A DNA stretch of 63,918 bases, filler included, from Octopus bimaculoides (Eukaryota), in NCBI RefSeq assembly GCF_001194135.2. It is 9 parts of 9 records of this genome, joined end to end, with 100 filler letters (N's around TTAATTAATTAA, not from the genome) between each part and the next. Parts side by side here need not be neighbours in the genome. Positions count along the whole stretch, not along the records: positions 33,109 to 49,867 come from NC_068997.1; 8 more parts are not named here. One strand, written 5' to 3'. Position numbers and translations under genes: made by a program. Shown here one piece after another: positions 35,895-49,560 of this stretch; position 1 is the stretch's first letter; every line of letters starts with the position of its first letter. A model generated the notes under the pieces. The model was not told where the DNA came from, made no database searches, and saw only the letters and a list, made by a program, of their open reading frames with translations.

Positions 35895-37139
35895 NNNNNN
35901 NNNNNNNNNNNNNNNNNNNNNNNNNNNNNNNNNNNNNNNNNNNNNNNNNNNNNNNNNNNNNNNATATATACATATATATATTTGTATATATATATATATA
36001 TGTGCATCTTCAAAAGTAAAATTAAGATAGATAGACAGATAGAAAGAGAGAGAGAGAGAGAGAAAGAGAGAGTGATTGCAAGGAAAGGACATGTAGAGGA
36101 AACACCCCGACAGAAATATCCACACAAGTGTGTGTAAACATACACGAATACGTGTATACTCACAGTGTACACACATGTGTACAAATATATACGCAATGAG
36201 CAAACATAAAATCGGAGAAACGGCAGAATTTTCTCTACCACTACGTCTACCGACCATTATCCACCCCACCAGCTACAGCTAAACCACCACCGCCACCACC
36301 ACCACAACCACCACCACCACCATCACCACCACCACCACCACTAGCAGCGCTACCACCATCACCATTAACATATCCATTCACAATATTACCATTACTAATA
36401 ACTCAATCATCACTTACAACGAATAAACAGAGAATATCTACAAAAACAACCGGAGTAGGAGCTCGATAGTTGATGTTTCGATGCTTGTCAGTAACAAGTC
36501 TTTTTCCCTTTCATTTTGTGAAATGAAAAATGGCGAATGAAGTGAGTTAATAGAAGAACGCAACGCTTCCAAGAACTTAGACAAATAAAGATAAAAACCA
36601 CAGGTAGTTAGGGGCGTCTTGTGGGGACATTTGGTGCGTTGAATACAGCAGGCAAAACAACAGTTATTTAGTTTCTTTCACCAACTGTAATTTTCTGTAG
36701 TTCCTACATTACACAAGTAAAAACATTATAACTTGCAATCGCTTTAATTAGAAACATAGTAGAGAAAAAAAGAGAGTCCACGCCCAAGGGGAATAATTAC
36801 ATAAATATTCCGCTTGTTTCCGATAGTGGCAAAAATATAAGAATGAAGGCAAGTATGAATGAGAAAAATATATAGAAACATCTGATACGCTAAGAATTTA
36901 ATTCCATCTTTTACTATCTTACGAAGGGTAAAATTTGTTACAATCTGAAACTCTGGTAGTTTTTAGTTTTATTGATTCTCTACCTTGCAATCTGAAAGAA
37001 GCCTGGAACTGAGTAGTTCAAATGTTGACTTAATTCTCAGTGGCGATGGTGCACGTTGGCAATTTCTATAAAATTGGAGAAGAATTTTCCTTTAAAAAAT
37101 TTGGAGGAATTCCTTGTTTTTTTTTTCACGCCCAGTCAT

Positions 37140-37362
37140 ACTCTTTTACTCTTCTACTTGTTTCAGTCATTTGATTGCGGCCATGCTGGAGCACAGCCTT
37201 TGGTCGAACAAATCGACCCCAGGACTTATTCTTGTAAGCCTAGTACTTATTCTATCGGTCACTTTTGCCGAACCGCTAAGTTACGGGGACGTGAACACAC
37301 CAACACCGGTTGTCAAGCGACGGTGGGGGGGGGGGACAAACAGAGACACACACACACACACA

Positions 37363-37398
<36 letters not shown>

Positions 37399-37742
37399 GA
37401 CGGGCTTATTTCAGTTGCCGTATACCAAATCCACTCACAAGGCTTTGGTTGGCCCGAGGCTATAGTAGAAGTCGTAGAAATCTTGTCAAAAGAAAGTGTA
37501 CGAAGAAGACGCGCTTCGCTCATTACAACTAGAAATCAATATCATTCACTCTGAATATCTGCGAGGCCTGATCAATAAATATTCGGACTGGTGCTTTAAA
37601 AACAAAACTACCACACGTACCGACAGGTAGACAGACAGACAGACAGGTAGAGAGTCTACTATAGCCCGAAGCTATAGTAGACTGAACCCGGAGCCATGTG
37701 GTTGGTAAGCAAGCTACTTAATACACAGCCACTCCTGCGCCT
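37140..37742 (-). mobile_element. SINE family A split by a ~185-bp insert that includes a mariner TIR fragment
   Basis: Tail at 37140, body to about 37470, head at 37684-37742 (...CACTCCTGCGCC). CGAGGCCTGATCAATAAATATTCGGACTGG at about 37562 matches the 34451 TIR. Confidence 0.75.
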
Positions 37743-37883
37743 ATGTTTATTTTTTCCTCAATCTAATAGTGAGAAATTAATCTTTCCTTGATTGACATCA
37801 CTGACTAGAAATATTAAAAGAATCCTAAGGAATTCATTGCTTTAACTTTGCATTATTTATAAATTAGCGACAAAGGTAGTATT

Positions 37884-38400
37884 AATACACTCTTGTTTAT
37901 ATCGCTAGCGGGGAGATAAATCCCCACCACCTATAGCGCTGAGACCACCAAATCCCGTGATTTCGACCAAGAGTACATTGTGCATTTTGCCAATATGAAA
38001 AGCCAGTATGAAAGTTTCCCTCATGGTAACTACCACAGTATAGTTTGTTCTAATAGAGCATCCATATTTAAGTGGTATTAATACTGCCTCTGTCGCTAAT
38101 ACATATTTTTAAACAAGTTCATTGCTGTTCTGGCACAGTTTTTCTATATATCGCTAGAGGGAAGATAAGTCACTGCTACCCCTAGCGGCCGAGCGTCCAT
38201 CGTTGTCGAGACCAAGGAAAGTCGAAATCACGTGATCAGGTGGTCTCGGCGCTGGAGATAGGGATTTATGTCCCCGCTAACGATATAAACAAGAGTGCAT
38301 CAAAAGGCAATATGAGAATTTCTCTCATATTAACTATCGCAGTATAGTCTGTTCTAACACAACATCCAGGTTTAAGTGGAGATAAATATGACCTCTTTGT
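37884..38400. repeat. Composite of inverted (~85 bp) and direct (~100 bp) repeats
   Basis: 37884-37968 is the inverse of 38220-38300. 37995-38100 is repeated directly at 38300-38400. Confidence 0.7.
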
Positions 38401-38951
38401 GTTATTTAAATTACAGATATACGACAAAAATGATAAGGGGTGGTCATATGAGTGAGGTTGGACGTATCAAGTGTTTAGGCTTTGGGTGTAGCACTGCAGT
38501 GGATGAAGGAAAAAATCCATAGATATTTAAGTGTACAGATCGACTTTATCGATTATTAGTGATTCCTTAGGTCTGGAACTGGATTCTTCACATAGAGTCA
38601 TCTGTAATCCAGGTAAATTCTGACTCAACACGTCTGTGATCAAATATTTTCCAGCTGTGATTTTACGTTTTTACCTTTTGAAACATAAAATGTCAAAAAT
38701 TACATGTCCTTCCTTTTTGGTTGAAAAGTTTGATTTGAGAGAAAATTTGGCCTCAGTTTCTAGCAAGTCAATCGTCCGGGTAGCAGCTCTCTCCTTGATT
38801 GGGAAGATCCTCACCTTATCTAACCGTTTAGATAATCCATTGCTGGATCGTGAAAATTCTTTTATACATCATATGTAAGCACCCCTCTGCTGAAATATAT
38901 GGAAGTCTTCTTATTGAGTAATATAGTAATAGAGAAGCACTTAAGCCCCCT

Positions 38952-39160
38952 GTTGGTTATGTAGAAAACTCCTATTGGTTATGTAGAAGACTCTTGCTGA
39001 ATATGTAGAAAACTCCTACTGGATATGTAGAAGACTTCTGTTGGATATGTAGAAAACTCCTGTTGGATATGTAGAAGACTTCTGTTGGATATGTAGAAAA
39101 CTCCTGTTGGATATGTAGAAGACTTCTGTTGGATATATATAGAAGACTTCTGTTGGATCA
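38952..39160. repeat. ~22-bp minisatellite, about 9 units
   Basis: Repeating CTGTTGGATATGTAGAA(GACTT/AACTC). Confidence 0.9.
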
Positions 39161-40409
39161 TGTACAAGCATCTTTCCTTTGTTGGGTCATACACATGAAA
39201 TTAAAAATGCTAGGCAAGGATTCATAGATTGTTTAAGAGGGAAATCAGTGAAGACAGCAAATGACATCTTCGTTCACACTGATAAATATAAAAAAAATAT
39301 TCCAGAATGATTCAGAAGTTAATAATTCCATTTAATCTTCGTACAATCTTATATGAAAGCAAAAAGATAATCTGGTGGAGAATAATGAATATTTAAGATT
39401 CAGTCTTTAAGTTTTGAGGTTCTTGTTATAGTTGCTTTGATTAATCGTGGTAATATTGATGTTGTTTGTAATTCTTCTTCTTCTTCTTCTTCTTCTTCTT
39501 CTTCTTCTTCTTCTTCTTCTTCTTCTTCTTCTTCTTCTTCTTCTTCTTCTTCTTCTTCTTCTTCTTCTTCTTCTTCTTCGTCATCATCATCATTGTCATC
39601 ATCGTCACCTTTCCCGCATTATTGGAAATCTTCCGATAATTTAATTCAATATAAAGTATTCAATTAAGTTTATTATTCAAGATTTTATTGTTGTCCGGAT
39701 ATAAGGATAAAGGGAGTAGTGCGAGGAGTTTTTTTTTCAAATAAGAAGGATTAACCTTCGATGGAAGCAAAAATATAAACAATTAAAATATTTGAAAGAT
39801 GTCAGTAGAAACATGAAAGAATTTTTAAAAAGATATTAAATTATTGGAGGAAAATTTATGTTAACGTGATTTTTCAATGAGAGAAGATGGACCGATACAG
39901 AGCTTATACAGTAAGATTAAATCTTACATGAATCTTAAAGAGGAAGCTGTGCCCTTAGAAAGAAGAAAAGACAACTAAGTGGCGCTAAAATGGTTAAAGT
40001 TTAACTTGAACGTATGAAGGTTACGTTTGAATAAAACCGAATAGAAAGTCTGCAGAAACGCATTTCTGAGTTAAAAATAGCAGCAAAACTACTCAGTTTA
40101 AGGTCTAAGACTTTGGAGAGAGGTACTGACAAAAATGGAGGTGGATAATCAGAGTTACTCAAGGGTAAGAAAGTATAGTGTCAGCAAGTTCATTGAACTA
40201 ATGACCAAGATTTGATTTCCATCGATGATCTGAAAGTAGGTGAAGTTTTATCAGGGTATCTAGAGTTTGAGGCGTATGGGTATATTAGCTACGAAATAAC
40301 CGAAATATAGAATCGATTATATCCGATCTCAGAGAAAACGATTTATAAAATTTATAAATGTGATTACGAATATATAACTAAAGTACTGAAGTTGGAAGAG
40401 TTAGCAGAA

Positions 40410-40645
40410 TCGTTAGCATATGGGGCACAAAACTTAACCGCATTTCGTCTGTCTAACGTTCTGAGTTCAAATTCCGCCGAGGTCGACTTTACCTTTCATC
40501 CTTTTGGGGTTGACAAAAACAAGTAGCAGTTGAATACTGGAGTCGATGTAATCGACTCCAGTTTTGATTACATCGACTTGTTTTGTTTACATCGACTCCT
40601 CCTCTCTTGAAATTGCTGTCCTTGTGCCAGAATTTGGAACCAATC
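40410..40645 (+). mobile_element. SINE family C with local inverted duplications in the tail
   Basis: TTAGCAGAATCGTTAGC...GTTCTGAGTTCAAATTCCGCCGAGGTCGACTTT... Confidence 0.75.
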
Positions 40646-40984
40646 AATATACAACTGAACTTAGAACAGCGCTTAGCGGTATCCTTTAACTATTCTCGAT
40701 GCAATGATTGTTATGAATCAAACCGTTTTTATTGAATCTGGCAACCTCATTTCGAAAACTGTGAAAAATGCTAATTCAAAATTTAAATGGGAATCAGAAC
40801 ATTATCATTTTATAGGATGACATGATATATTGTTAAAATACATTGAAGAAGTCAGTCATTGGTTCTCAGACTATTTTCCTTGTTACTTTAACTGTTTCTA
40901 GTACTATTTCACTATAAAATGAGTTATGTTGGGGCAAGTTTTGCCGATTAAAGATTTAATAATGCTATGACAGGGAATAGGAAA

Positions 40985-41081
<97 letters not shown>

Positions 41082-42135
41082 TGAATGGTCATAGTGTATC
41101 GTTCTCTTGTTAAATCAACTATCAGTTATCAAGCCGGATGGCATGTCAACCTACCTGAACTTTACAAACTACATTTCAATGAGTTGGCATGTATAGCAAT
41201 GCATCTCAGATATCACGTGATGCAATGTTAACACTTTCCGTTCCTTAAACTGATAGCGAACATAGAAATGTGAAGTGTCTTACAAATGCAATGTAAAGTC
41301 GTTGGTTGACTTTAAACAAGATTGACATAGGCCTCCAAGTAAAAGATGTTATACTGCTATTGAATACTCTAGCATTCCACATCTAACATGGCGCTTGTCT
41401 CCTCAATTCAAGTACAGCCAGATCCCCAATCTGATCATTATTGAGTTAGAAAAAAAACCTATTAGAATCATAGCCACTATTTACATTCAGCTTCCTCTTC
41501 TAACACTTCACGGTGTAATCTTTTCAGAATGCACTTCTATATTTCCCATCTTTAACTGTTCATTCTCTAGAGCTTAATATTAGATCCAGGTCTTATTGAA
41601 TTTGACTGAGATACATTGGATGTCGGAATTCTTCTGTGTCTAAGATCCGCTCTTATTTGATGTTGCTCTTGTGTAATCACTATGTTTTCTTATATTAGCT
41701 TTGTTCTTATATTGCTTCTTAGAAGTGAGCTGAGCAAACTGTTCTGGACAAATGTATTCTTAAGATGTAAAACTGTTTTACAGTTTACCGTCTTGATTTC
41801 GACAAGATTGTTATTCAGCCAATCACTCGGCAAATATTTGGCGGTTTTAAGGGAAGCCATGAGCTTTGCTCATGCACATATAGAGGCATAAATATACATT
41901 GTTCCTTCAGAGTAGCATATATATTGAATTATATACGCATTTCACTATATATGTCCCGAGTTACCTCGGAAGTATTAATTTAAAAACATCTCGCACATGT
42001 GTTCTATCGAACGCAATCCCGTTCAGGTATTCAGATATGCATGTGTACAACTGCGTTGGTGTACTTAGTATGGTGTGCGAACTTACTGTTCAAATGCACA
42101 CAATGTGTTTCCTGTCTCTCTCACTCTCTTTATGT

Positions 42136-42530
42136 ATATTCTTTTATTCTTTTATTCTTTTACTTGTTTCAGCCATTTGACTGCAGCCATGCCGGAGCAC
42201 CGCCTTGAAGGGTTTTAGTTGAAAAAATCGACCCCAGGACTTATTCTTTGTAAGCCTAGTATATATTCTATCGTCTTCCGTGCCGAACAGCTAAGTTACG
42301 TGGACGTAAACATACTAACATCTATTGTCAAGCGATGGTGGGGGAACAACACAGACACAAAGACACACACACACATATATATGACAGGCTTCTTTCAGTT
42401 TCCGTCTACCAAATCCACTCACAAGGCTTTGATCGGCCCGAAGCTAAAGTAGAAGACATTTGTCCAAGGTGCCGCGCAGTAGGACTGAACCTGGAACCAT
42501 GTTGTTGGGAAGCAAGCTTCTTATCATACA
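42136..42530 (-). mobile_element. SINE family A
   Basis: Reverse complement aligns to 23883-24278, with a (TATTCTTT)n tail on the left. Confidence 0.85.
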
Positions 42531-42550
42531 TCCACATATTCTCTCTGTGT

Positions 42551-42639
<89 letters not shown>

Positions 42640-42863
42640 GCTGTTGACAACCTAAGAATTTATAGACTTTTGAGAGAACGTAAAATAATTATTATTTGGG
42701 ACTGGAACTCGAAGCGTACATAAAACTATAGATAATAGCATATATATATTCGTTCTCTTCTACCTTTTCTATCTCAAAGGGTTTTTGAATCCAGTATTTA
42801 CATGCTATTCATGTCTAATTCGAAATCCAGTTCCCAAAATGTATTATGTATATATAAATGCAT

Positions 42864-43078
42864 ATGAAGGGTACCAAAAACGTCTTAGCTTTGGGTAAAA
42901 GAAAATACAGGAGGTTCAATTAATTATGATTTTATTCAACATATTCCGCCTCAGATTTACACACTTATTCCAGAAGTTCTTCAGTTTTCCCATGACCTGT
43001 AAAAGAACTCGGAAGTTTGGGCTTCCAGCCAGACCTTTCGCGACACCCTTGAAACCAGGGACTTTTCAGCACCCCTCA
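42864..43078. mobile_element. Mariner-derived MITE-like relic
   Basis: The right end GGACTTTTCAGCACCCCTC is inverse to the degenerate left end GAAGGGTACCAAAAACGTC. The interior reads on the minus strand like a transposase end (KCVNLRRNMLN). Confidence 0.55.
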
Positions 43079-43202
43079 AATGTGTGTATATATGTACTTA
43101 TATGTATACATGTATGTGTGTATATATGTATATATAAGTTTATGCATGTATGTATGTATGTATGTATGTATGTATGTGTTTGTTTGTGTGTGTGTGTGTG
43201 TG

Positions 43203-43319
<117 letters not shown>

Positions 43320-44304
43320 GTTTGTGTGTAGGGTTTGAATTGCTTATGAAAAGTTGTTTCAGTTTCGAATTTAAGTTATGATATATACTTACAAAACTTA
43401 AGCGGGTTCAGGTAGGTGCATATTGATGCAGATAAAAATATACATACATGCACATACAGACACACTTACACACACACACACAAGTTATGAACGCAACACG
43501 CAGTGTCAATATGCATTCACATAAATTATGAAATAAACAAGTATTTAACCAAGTAATGAAGCAGCATAGAACAATTAAAATTGATAGGTTATCTCCATGA
43601 AGTAACAACAGTGAAGTGCTTCCGGTTAGATAATTATGTTATGATATAATGAAATTACAGTAATCATATAGTGTAATTAAAGAATGATTATATAATAATA
43701 TTTTGCAGCCACAGTCCTGGTGTGATATCAGCTCCAGGAGTTAACAGAGGCTGATAGACTTATAGCTTTTCATTGCTGTTCATTTCTATTACGCGTTCTA
43801 TTATTGTCATTTCTGATACAACTTGATTCTCCGCCCCAACCCCTCAGCTTACATTTCTACCCATTCGGTTTCTGTAATGGAATTTTATGCTTTTACGTGT
43901 CAAGATGATTTTATTGATATGCATTGTATAATTCATCAATAAATGTATTAGGTTTATGTATCATTACGCATCGTATATTCAGAAAAAATATCGAAGATAT
44001 CAAGGAGAAACTTTTATACTTTACAATTACCGATAGGTTTACAAGACAAAGAGTCCAGCAAGAAGGTCTCCACTGGAATGTTGAAGCACACTAGAACTTT
44101 ATTTCAAAACCCCTGCTAAATCTCCCTAAACCCAACCGTCTTAGGAATGAAGTAAACATTTCATAATGTAGTCTTGGCTACACATTGCTTTTGTTTTAAT
44201 ATAGGAGCAAGTCACAGCTGGAACATCATTGATCATGGACTCGTACTGTCAAGGTTGAATCGAAGCTAGAGAACAACGACAATAACTGATCGATTAATAA
44301 TCCT

Positions 44305-44740
44305 TCGTATTATAGGTACAAGGCCTAAGATTTTAAGGGGAGGGGGCTAGTCGACTACATCGTTCCCCAGTGCTCAGCTGATACTTATTTTATCGAACCC
44401 GGAAGTTTGAAAGGCAAACTTGACCTTGGCAACATTTGAACTCAGAACATAAAGCCAGAAGAAATATTGCTTAGCATTTTGTCGGGCGCAGTAACTATCG
44501 TAGCCTTTACTGATCAATTTATAATCCTTTCTACTATAGGCACAAGGCCTGAAACTTGGATTCGGAGCTATTCGATTACATCTGCCCCAGTGCTCAACAG
44601 CTACAAATCTTATCGACCCCGAAAGAATGAAAGGCCAAGTCGATCTCAGTGGAATTTGAACTCAGAACGTAAAGACGGGTGAAATGCCGCTAAGCATGTT
44701 GCTCGGCACGCTAAAAATTCTTTCAGTTCGCCACCTCACT
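44305..44740 (-). mobile_element. Two tandem degenerate family C SINEs
   Basis: TTTGAACTCAGAAC occurs near 44435 and 44655, each with family C flanks in reverse orientation. Confidence 0.7.
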
Positions 44741-45181
44741 GATCAATTAATGGTTATAATAGTTCTAGGAAATATTTTAGGATTGCAGTCTATGACAGGA
44801 AGATAAATGTGTCAAACTTTATTCCTAGAACGCAACAATAATAGTTGTTCGCACCCTGAGAGACACCCACCTTAACTCGTTCACTTGTCTGTATAACATC
44901 GTTAAAAATACATATTGCCAACTTGCAGTACTATCTATTAACAAATAGTGGATCTAAAAGCAGTCATATTTTAAATCTAGAACATCAAATATTTTCGTCG
45001 TGTAAACCATCAAGATATTTTCAACGATCAAATGCATGTTGAAAAGAATATAAACAATTAGGAAAATGTGCTAGTTCATTCATTTTGTCTGTTCTATTGA
45101 AGACATATGTGAGAGAGAGGGAGGAGGGAGAGAGGGAGGAGAGAGAAAGAGGGAGAGAGAAAAAGGGAGGAGAGAAAGAGG

Positions 45182-45261
<80 letters not shown>

Positions 45262-46664
45262 GTAAACGCTTGAGAAATTTTTGGGAAAATATTTCTATGA
45301 CTGCATAAATATTAAAAATGATAATTGATGAACAAGAGATATTAACTAAAAAGAATCCAGTTATCAAAACAAGATCAACAGATATTAACTGCGGAAACTT
45401 TATCAGAAGATTAGACAAAAATGGAAAAAGATAACAATATAGAAATAAATTTAGAAACAAGTAAATAAGCACAAAATAAACAAGTAAAATACAAAAAAAA
45501 AAAAGAAAAAATTCTGTATAAAACCTGAATTGTGGATAAAATGATATTTTAGATTTGGAAAATTTATAGTGAATTTATTTCCATCAATTAATTGAATGTT
45601 GTGAGGTGTGAGATAAATTTTTATCTCAGGTTATTAATATTTTATCGATCTGACAACCATCCTGTGATTTATTGGGTGTCTATAGTTTCTCTCCCAGAAG
45701 ATAATAAACCACTTTTCCTCATTCTTGTTCTCTCCGCACTAAAATGGTAAATGATACAAAGGAAAAAAAAAAAAAGAGAATAACAACAAAGAAATGGAAA
45801 TATTTTCAGAAGAACTTTTCCATTTTCTTTTTCTTTTTCGCGAACCGAAAAAAAGAAAAACGGATATTTTTGCTTTCAATGGTTTTTGTATTCCTCGAAG
45901 ACTTAGTCTCCAGCAATGTGCTATAGTAGACAGTAGCAGCAACAAAATATTAAAATTTAACAGTTTCTATTTATAGATGTTATTTGAAACATGTTATTTT
46001 GGTGAAGTCATTCAAAATATGGCCACTGTATTTATTTGGTGCTAAAATGCTGTATAGGAACAAGTAAAGTACAAATTTGTAAAAAATATGAGATGAAAAT
46101 AAAGCTACAATAACAATACTATCACGTGATGATTTGTTAGTTTAACAGGATGATAATACATTTAATATTATCATATTCATTTCTCCTCCATAGCTGACAT
46201 ATTTATTTGATAATGCACAATAAGAATGTGTGGGAGTCAGTCTAATGGAAAGTTTCAGCCTAGTATATTACTGGTACTTATTTAATTTATTCTTGATTGG
46301 TAAGGCATCTAAAATAGACAGTCAGCCGACCCAGTATATTACTGGTGATAACTGATGATAAATAAGTTGGATTACCAACCAAAGAGTTCAAACTCTGTCA
46401 CTTGACAACGCCACATGTCCTTAGTAAGCAAGGTTACTCTTCCTGGTTTCTATTCATTTAGGTTTTAACCAGTAAGAACAATGCAAAAGCTGGTGATTGT
46501 ATTGCTACCTTTCAATGATTATATTGTTACCTTTCAATGATTATATTGTTACCGTTCATTGTTGTCACCATCCGCAGAAAAATATTTGAAAGAGTGGAGA
46601 GTCATTTATGACTGGATAAGTCTTAATATTTTTAAAAAAGAAAATAAATCTGCGTTGATGCAAT

Positions 46665-46970
46665 TGTAAAGGTAAAGGTATAGACCCCCTTCGGTCATGA
46701 ATGACCATGGGATTGCACCTAGAAAGTTCCCTTCGGAGACACAAGTCCGAGCAATGGAAGACCAGCAGTCGCACATGCATACCAGCCTCTCCTCTCCTTG
46801 CCGCCGTTGTGAAAGGCAAAGGGGCCGATACAGCTTGGAACCAGTGACATCGCAACCCATTTCTACAGCTGAGTGAACTGGAACAACGTGAAATAAAGTG
46901 TCTTGCTTAAGAATCGAACTCACTACCTCATGATTGCGAACTCGACGCTTTAGCCACTAAGACATGCAAC
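46665..46970 (-). mobile_element. SINE-like relic(s)
   Basis: Minus strand has a tRNA-like head (AGTGGCTAAAGCG...GAGTTCGATTC) and a CCAGTTCACTCAGCTGTAGAAATGGG block. The left part begins AAAGGTAAAGGT. Confidence 0.45.
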
Positions 46971-47646
46971 AGTCGGCAATTATAGTTTATCAATTTCTGG
47001 TGAACCCAAGCTAGAGAAATATTAGGTCAGATATAGCAAATTATCCAGAAAGATAGTTATTCAGCCTCGGTCTTTCCGTTATGATTATCGTTAAAAAATA
47101 TTGTTCTCACTAGACAGAAAAATGTCATATTTTTAAGTGAAGATAGTTACAAAATTAATGCCATTCCTATAGTGACAATAAAGAGGGTGCCTTCGAGCAA
47201 AGATTGATGCTATGTCCCAACTTCAACTGTACGTAAATATAGCATTAGAATAACATCTTGCATATGAGTTCATTATGCCCCTCTGAAGAGTATTAGATAT
47301 TATGGGATATGAAACGATGATCGAACGAGCTAAAAACCAAGTGGATGATTCTATACTTTGGAATATTCGTACTACATTATAGAATACACCAAGATATCTC
47401 ACATCAATAAACACCCAGGAAATTTATTCTGAGCACGTCTATCAAATTTCAAGCTATTTTTCAGAATATTCTAGTGAAGCATGGGTCAGCAAAGTTGAAT
47501 GATAAAACAGATTTTACCAGTGTGAGAAATTAATAAGTTTTACTTCCAATATTTTATCATGTTTTCTAGAGTCGTAGACATATAGTATCAATATATTTTA
47601 ATTAGGTTTATAGACAATGTAGTGATAATAATGATAATAATAATGA

Positions 47647-47681
<35 letters not shown>

Positions 47682-47689
47682 ATCCTTTT

Positions 47690-48420
47690 TTTATTGATCA
47701 CAAGGGTCGCAAAAAACATTTAGGAAGATTCTAAGGCAAAGGACTGAGGGATTTGCATAAACAATAAAAATAACAGGTAGCAAGAGATCTATAACAACAA
47801 AATTCCTCAACAGAAGGAAACTCCACCCAAGGGTGATAAAAGAACTCCACAAAATCCGAATTATCCTACACACCAGGAGCACCATGGTAAGTGTTTCTCT
47901 CTCTTTTCAGTCGACAGGTACGTGCTTAGAGTAGATCCAGCCACTCTGACATTCTCACTACATTTACCCCTTTGGCAAATTTACTTTCCACCCTTACTTT
48001 CCTTTCCAAGTGAAACTAAAAACCGCCAAAGAAAAAGAAAAAAATCTATCTTTAGTCCCTACAGTCGCGTCCAGCACATAACTTCTTTCGTCATAGCCAC
48101 CAGACAGAGAAATGAAAGCGACAGGCGATCTTCACGGTGGGGATGGCTGATAGCCGGATCCGTCCTACACGTGGTAATTGCTGTTCAACATAACCCTACG
48201 TGTCAGCAATGCTCAAGCACTGTAGAAGCGCGTGTAGCACAGCTTCTTCGCTTTGCACGGACCTCGGGCAGGCGCGTTTGACCGTACTACAATGTATGTA
48301 GATTTTATTACGAACGGGCAATTTTCTTGGAACAAGTTTGAGCAGTCTAAACACGAAATTCTTCTCCTTTGAATGACTTTACAGCTAAGTAATAGAAAAA
48401 AAATATGCATGCTACCATTT
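47690..48420 (-). mobile_element. L1/Tx1-type LINE 3' end: zinc-knuckle region and 3' UTR
   Basis: RACPRSVQSEEAVLHALLQC...YVEQQLPRVGRIRLS (degenerate C-x-x-C..H..C), FLCLVAMTKEV, and a T-rich end. Confidence 0.7.
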
Positions 48421-48487
48421 CGCGTTTTGAGTTCTATTTCTCTTGTTTGTACCTCCAAACATCTCTCTCTCTCTCCCCCTCTCTCTT

Positions 48488-48551
<64 letters not shown>

Positions 48552-49079
48552 CCTAACTGTCAATAGATCGATTGATTAAGCGATCGTTCTATATGATCGG
48601 CTGATAAGTAAATGGCGTCCAGTTAGTACCATCACTTGGCTCCTGAGTGTTTTTAATGGTTTCCAGTCTATTGCAATCATACAAGAGTGAGTGGGGGCAG
48701 GACTAAAGAAGGTCATGGGTGCCGACCTTCCGCTTCCGACTAAGAAGTATAAAAAAATGTATTTCGAAGACATCTTACTCAACACTAACATCTTTAAACA
48801 CTTTATAACACTTTACCAAGGAAAAAAGATTTGCAGAAGCAGCAGGTTATATCTTCCCCCTCCCCCTCCCCCTCCTCGTCGTCGTCATCATCATCATCGT
48901 CATCATCACTTCTACCATTGTGAACGATCGAAATTATCACTGCCATCTTATTTCATAGTAGTAGTTTTTGTCTTCCCCCTGCCTTCTTCTTCTTCTTCTT
49001 CTTCTTCTTCTTCTTCTTCTTCTTCTTCTTCTTCTTCTTCTTCTTCTTCTTCAACAAGTAGCTGCAGCAACAACAACAT

Positions 49080-49135
<56 letters not shown>

Positions 49136-49199
49136 ACGTCCAAAGTAATTACTGTATTCTGCAGTGGAATATTTTCGGTAAACAATTTCACAATTTTTC

Positions 49200-49560
49200 T
49201 CTGTTTAACAAATTGTAATGTAGATGGCAATGTGTAGAGACGAGCAAGATACAGGTAGGTTGAAGGTGTGAGTGGGGAGTGGGGTAGATAGGGGTTGATG
49301 GGATGATGTAGAAGGGAAATATTTATAGAACTCCTGGAAACCAATCATTGAAGAAATGTTAAAGACATTTCAAGTGCCAACATCATTAGCAGACCAAAGC
49401 AAACCATATATAGACGGGAAGACGATATAAATATTTCCAGGAATGTCCCAAGATTATTTACAGGTGAAATGGTTGGACATTGTCGTCTGCTCATACGTCA
49501 GAACAATTTCAGTGTTAATCCATTGCGGGAAGGCTAACATGGAAATGATGGCGATGGCAG
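49200..49560 (-). mobile_element. Highly degenerate PLE endonuclease end and UTR
   Basis: TTMSNHF and IYGLLW segments parallel TPVSHHF and LFGLSL of the 346-607 copy, followed by a C-rich UTR. Confidence 0.35.

Noticed and set aside
38952-39160. CRISPR-like array
   Set aside because: Contiguous units without unique spacers, in a eukaryotic context with no cas genes.
47173-47228. Candidate upstream exon DNKEGAFEQRLMLCPNFN
   Set aside because: Splicing at the available donor to 50546 creates TGA, and the alternative donor has the wrong phase.
47279-47335. CTGAAGA...GAAAC spacing suggestive of a hammerhead
   Set aside because: Weak stem II, no GUH triplet and no stem I, so probably chance.
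47885-47920. Donor/acceptor cluster ATG|gtaagt...ttttcag|TCGACAG|gtacgt
   Set aside because: It lies in the antisense of the Tx1-like 3' UTR, and no coherent reading frame links it to the 50546 exon.
49224-49254. Phase-compatible 31-nt mini-exon (MAMCRDEQDT-G)
   Set aside because: Weak acceptor, and it lies within the antisense of a PLE-like UTR.
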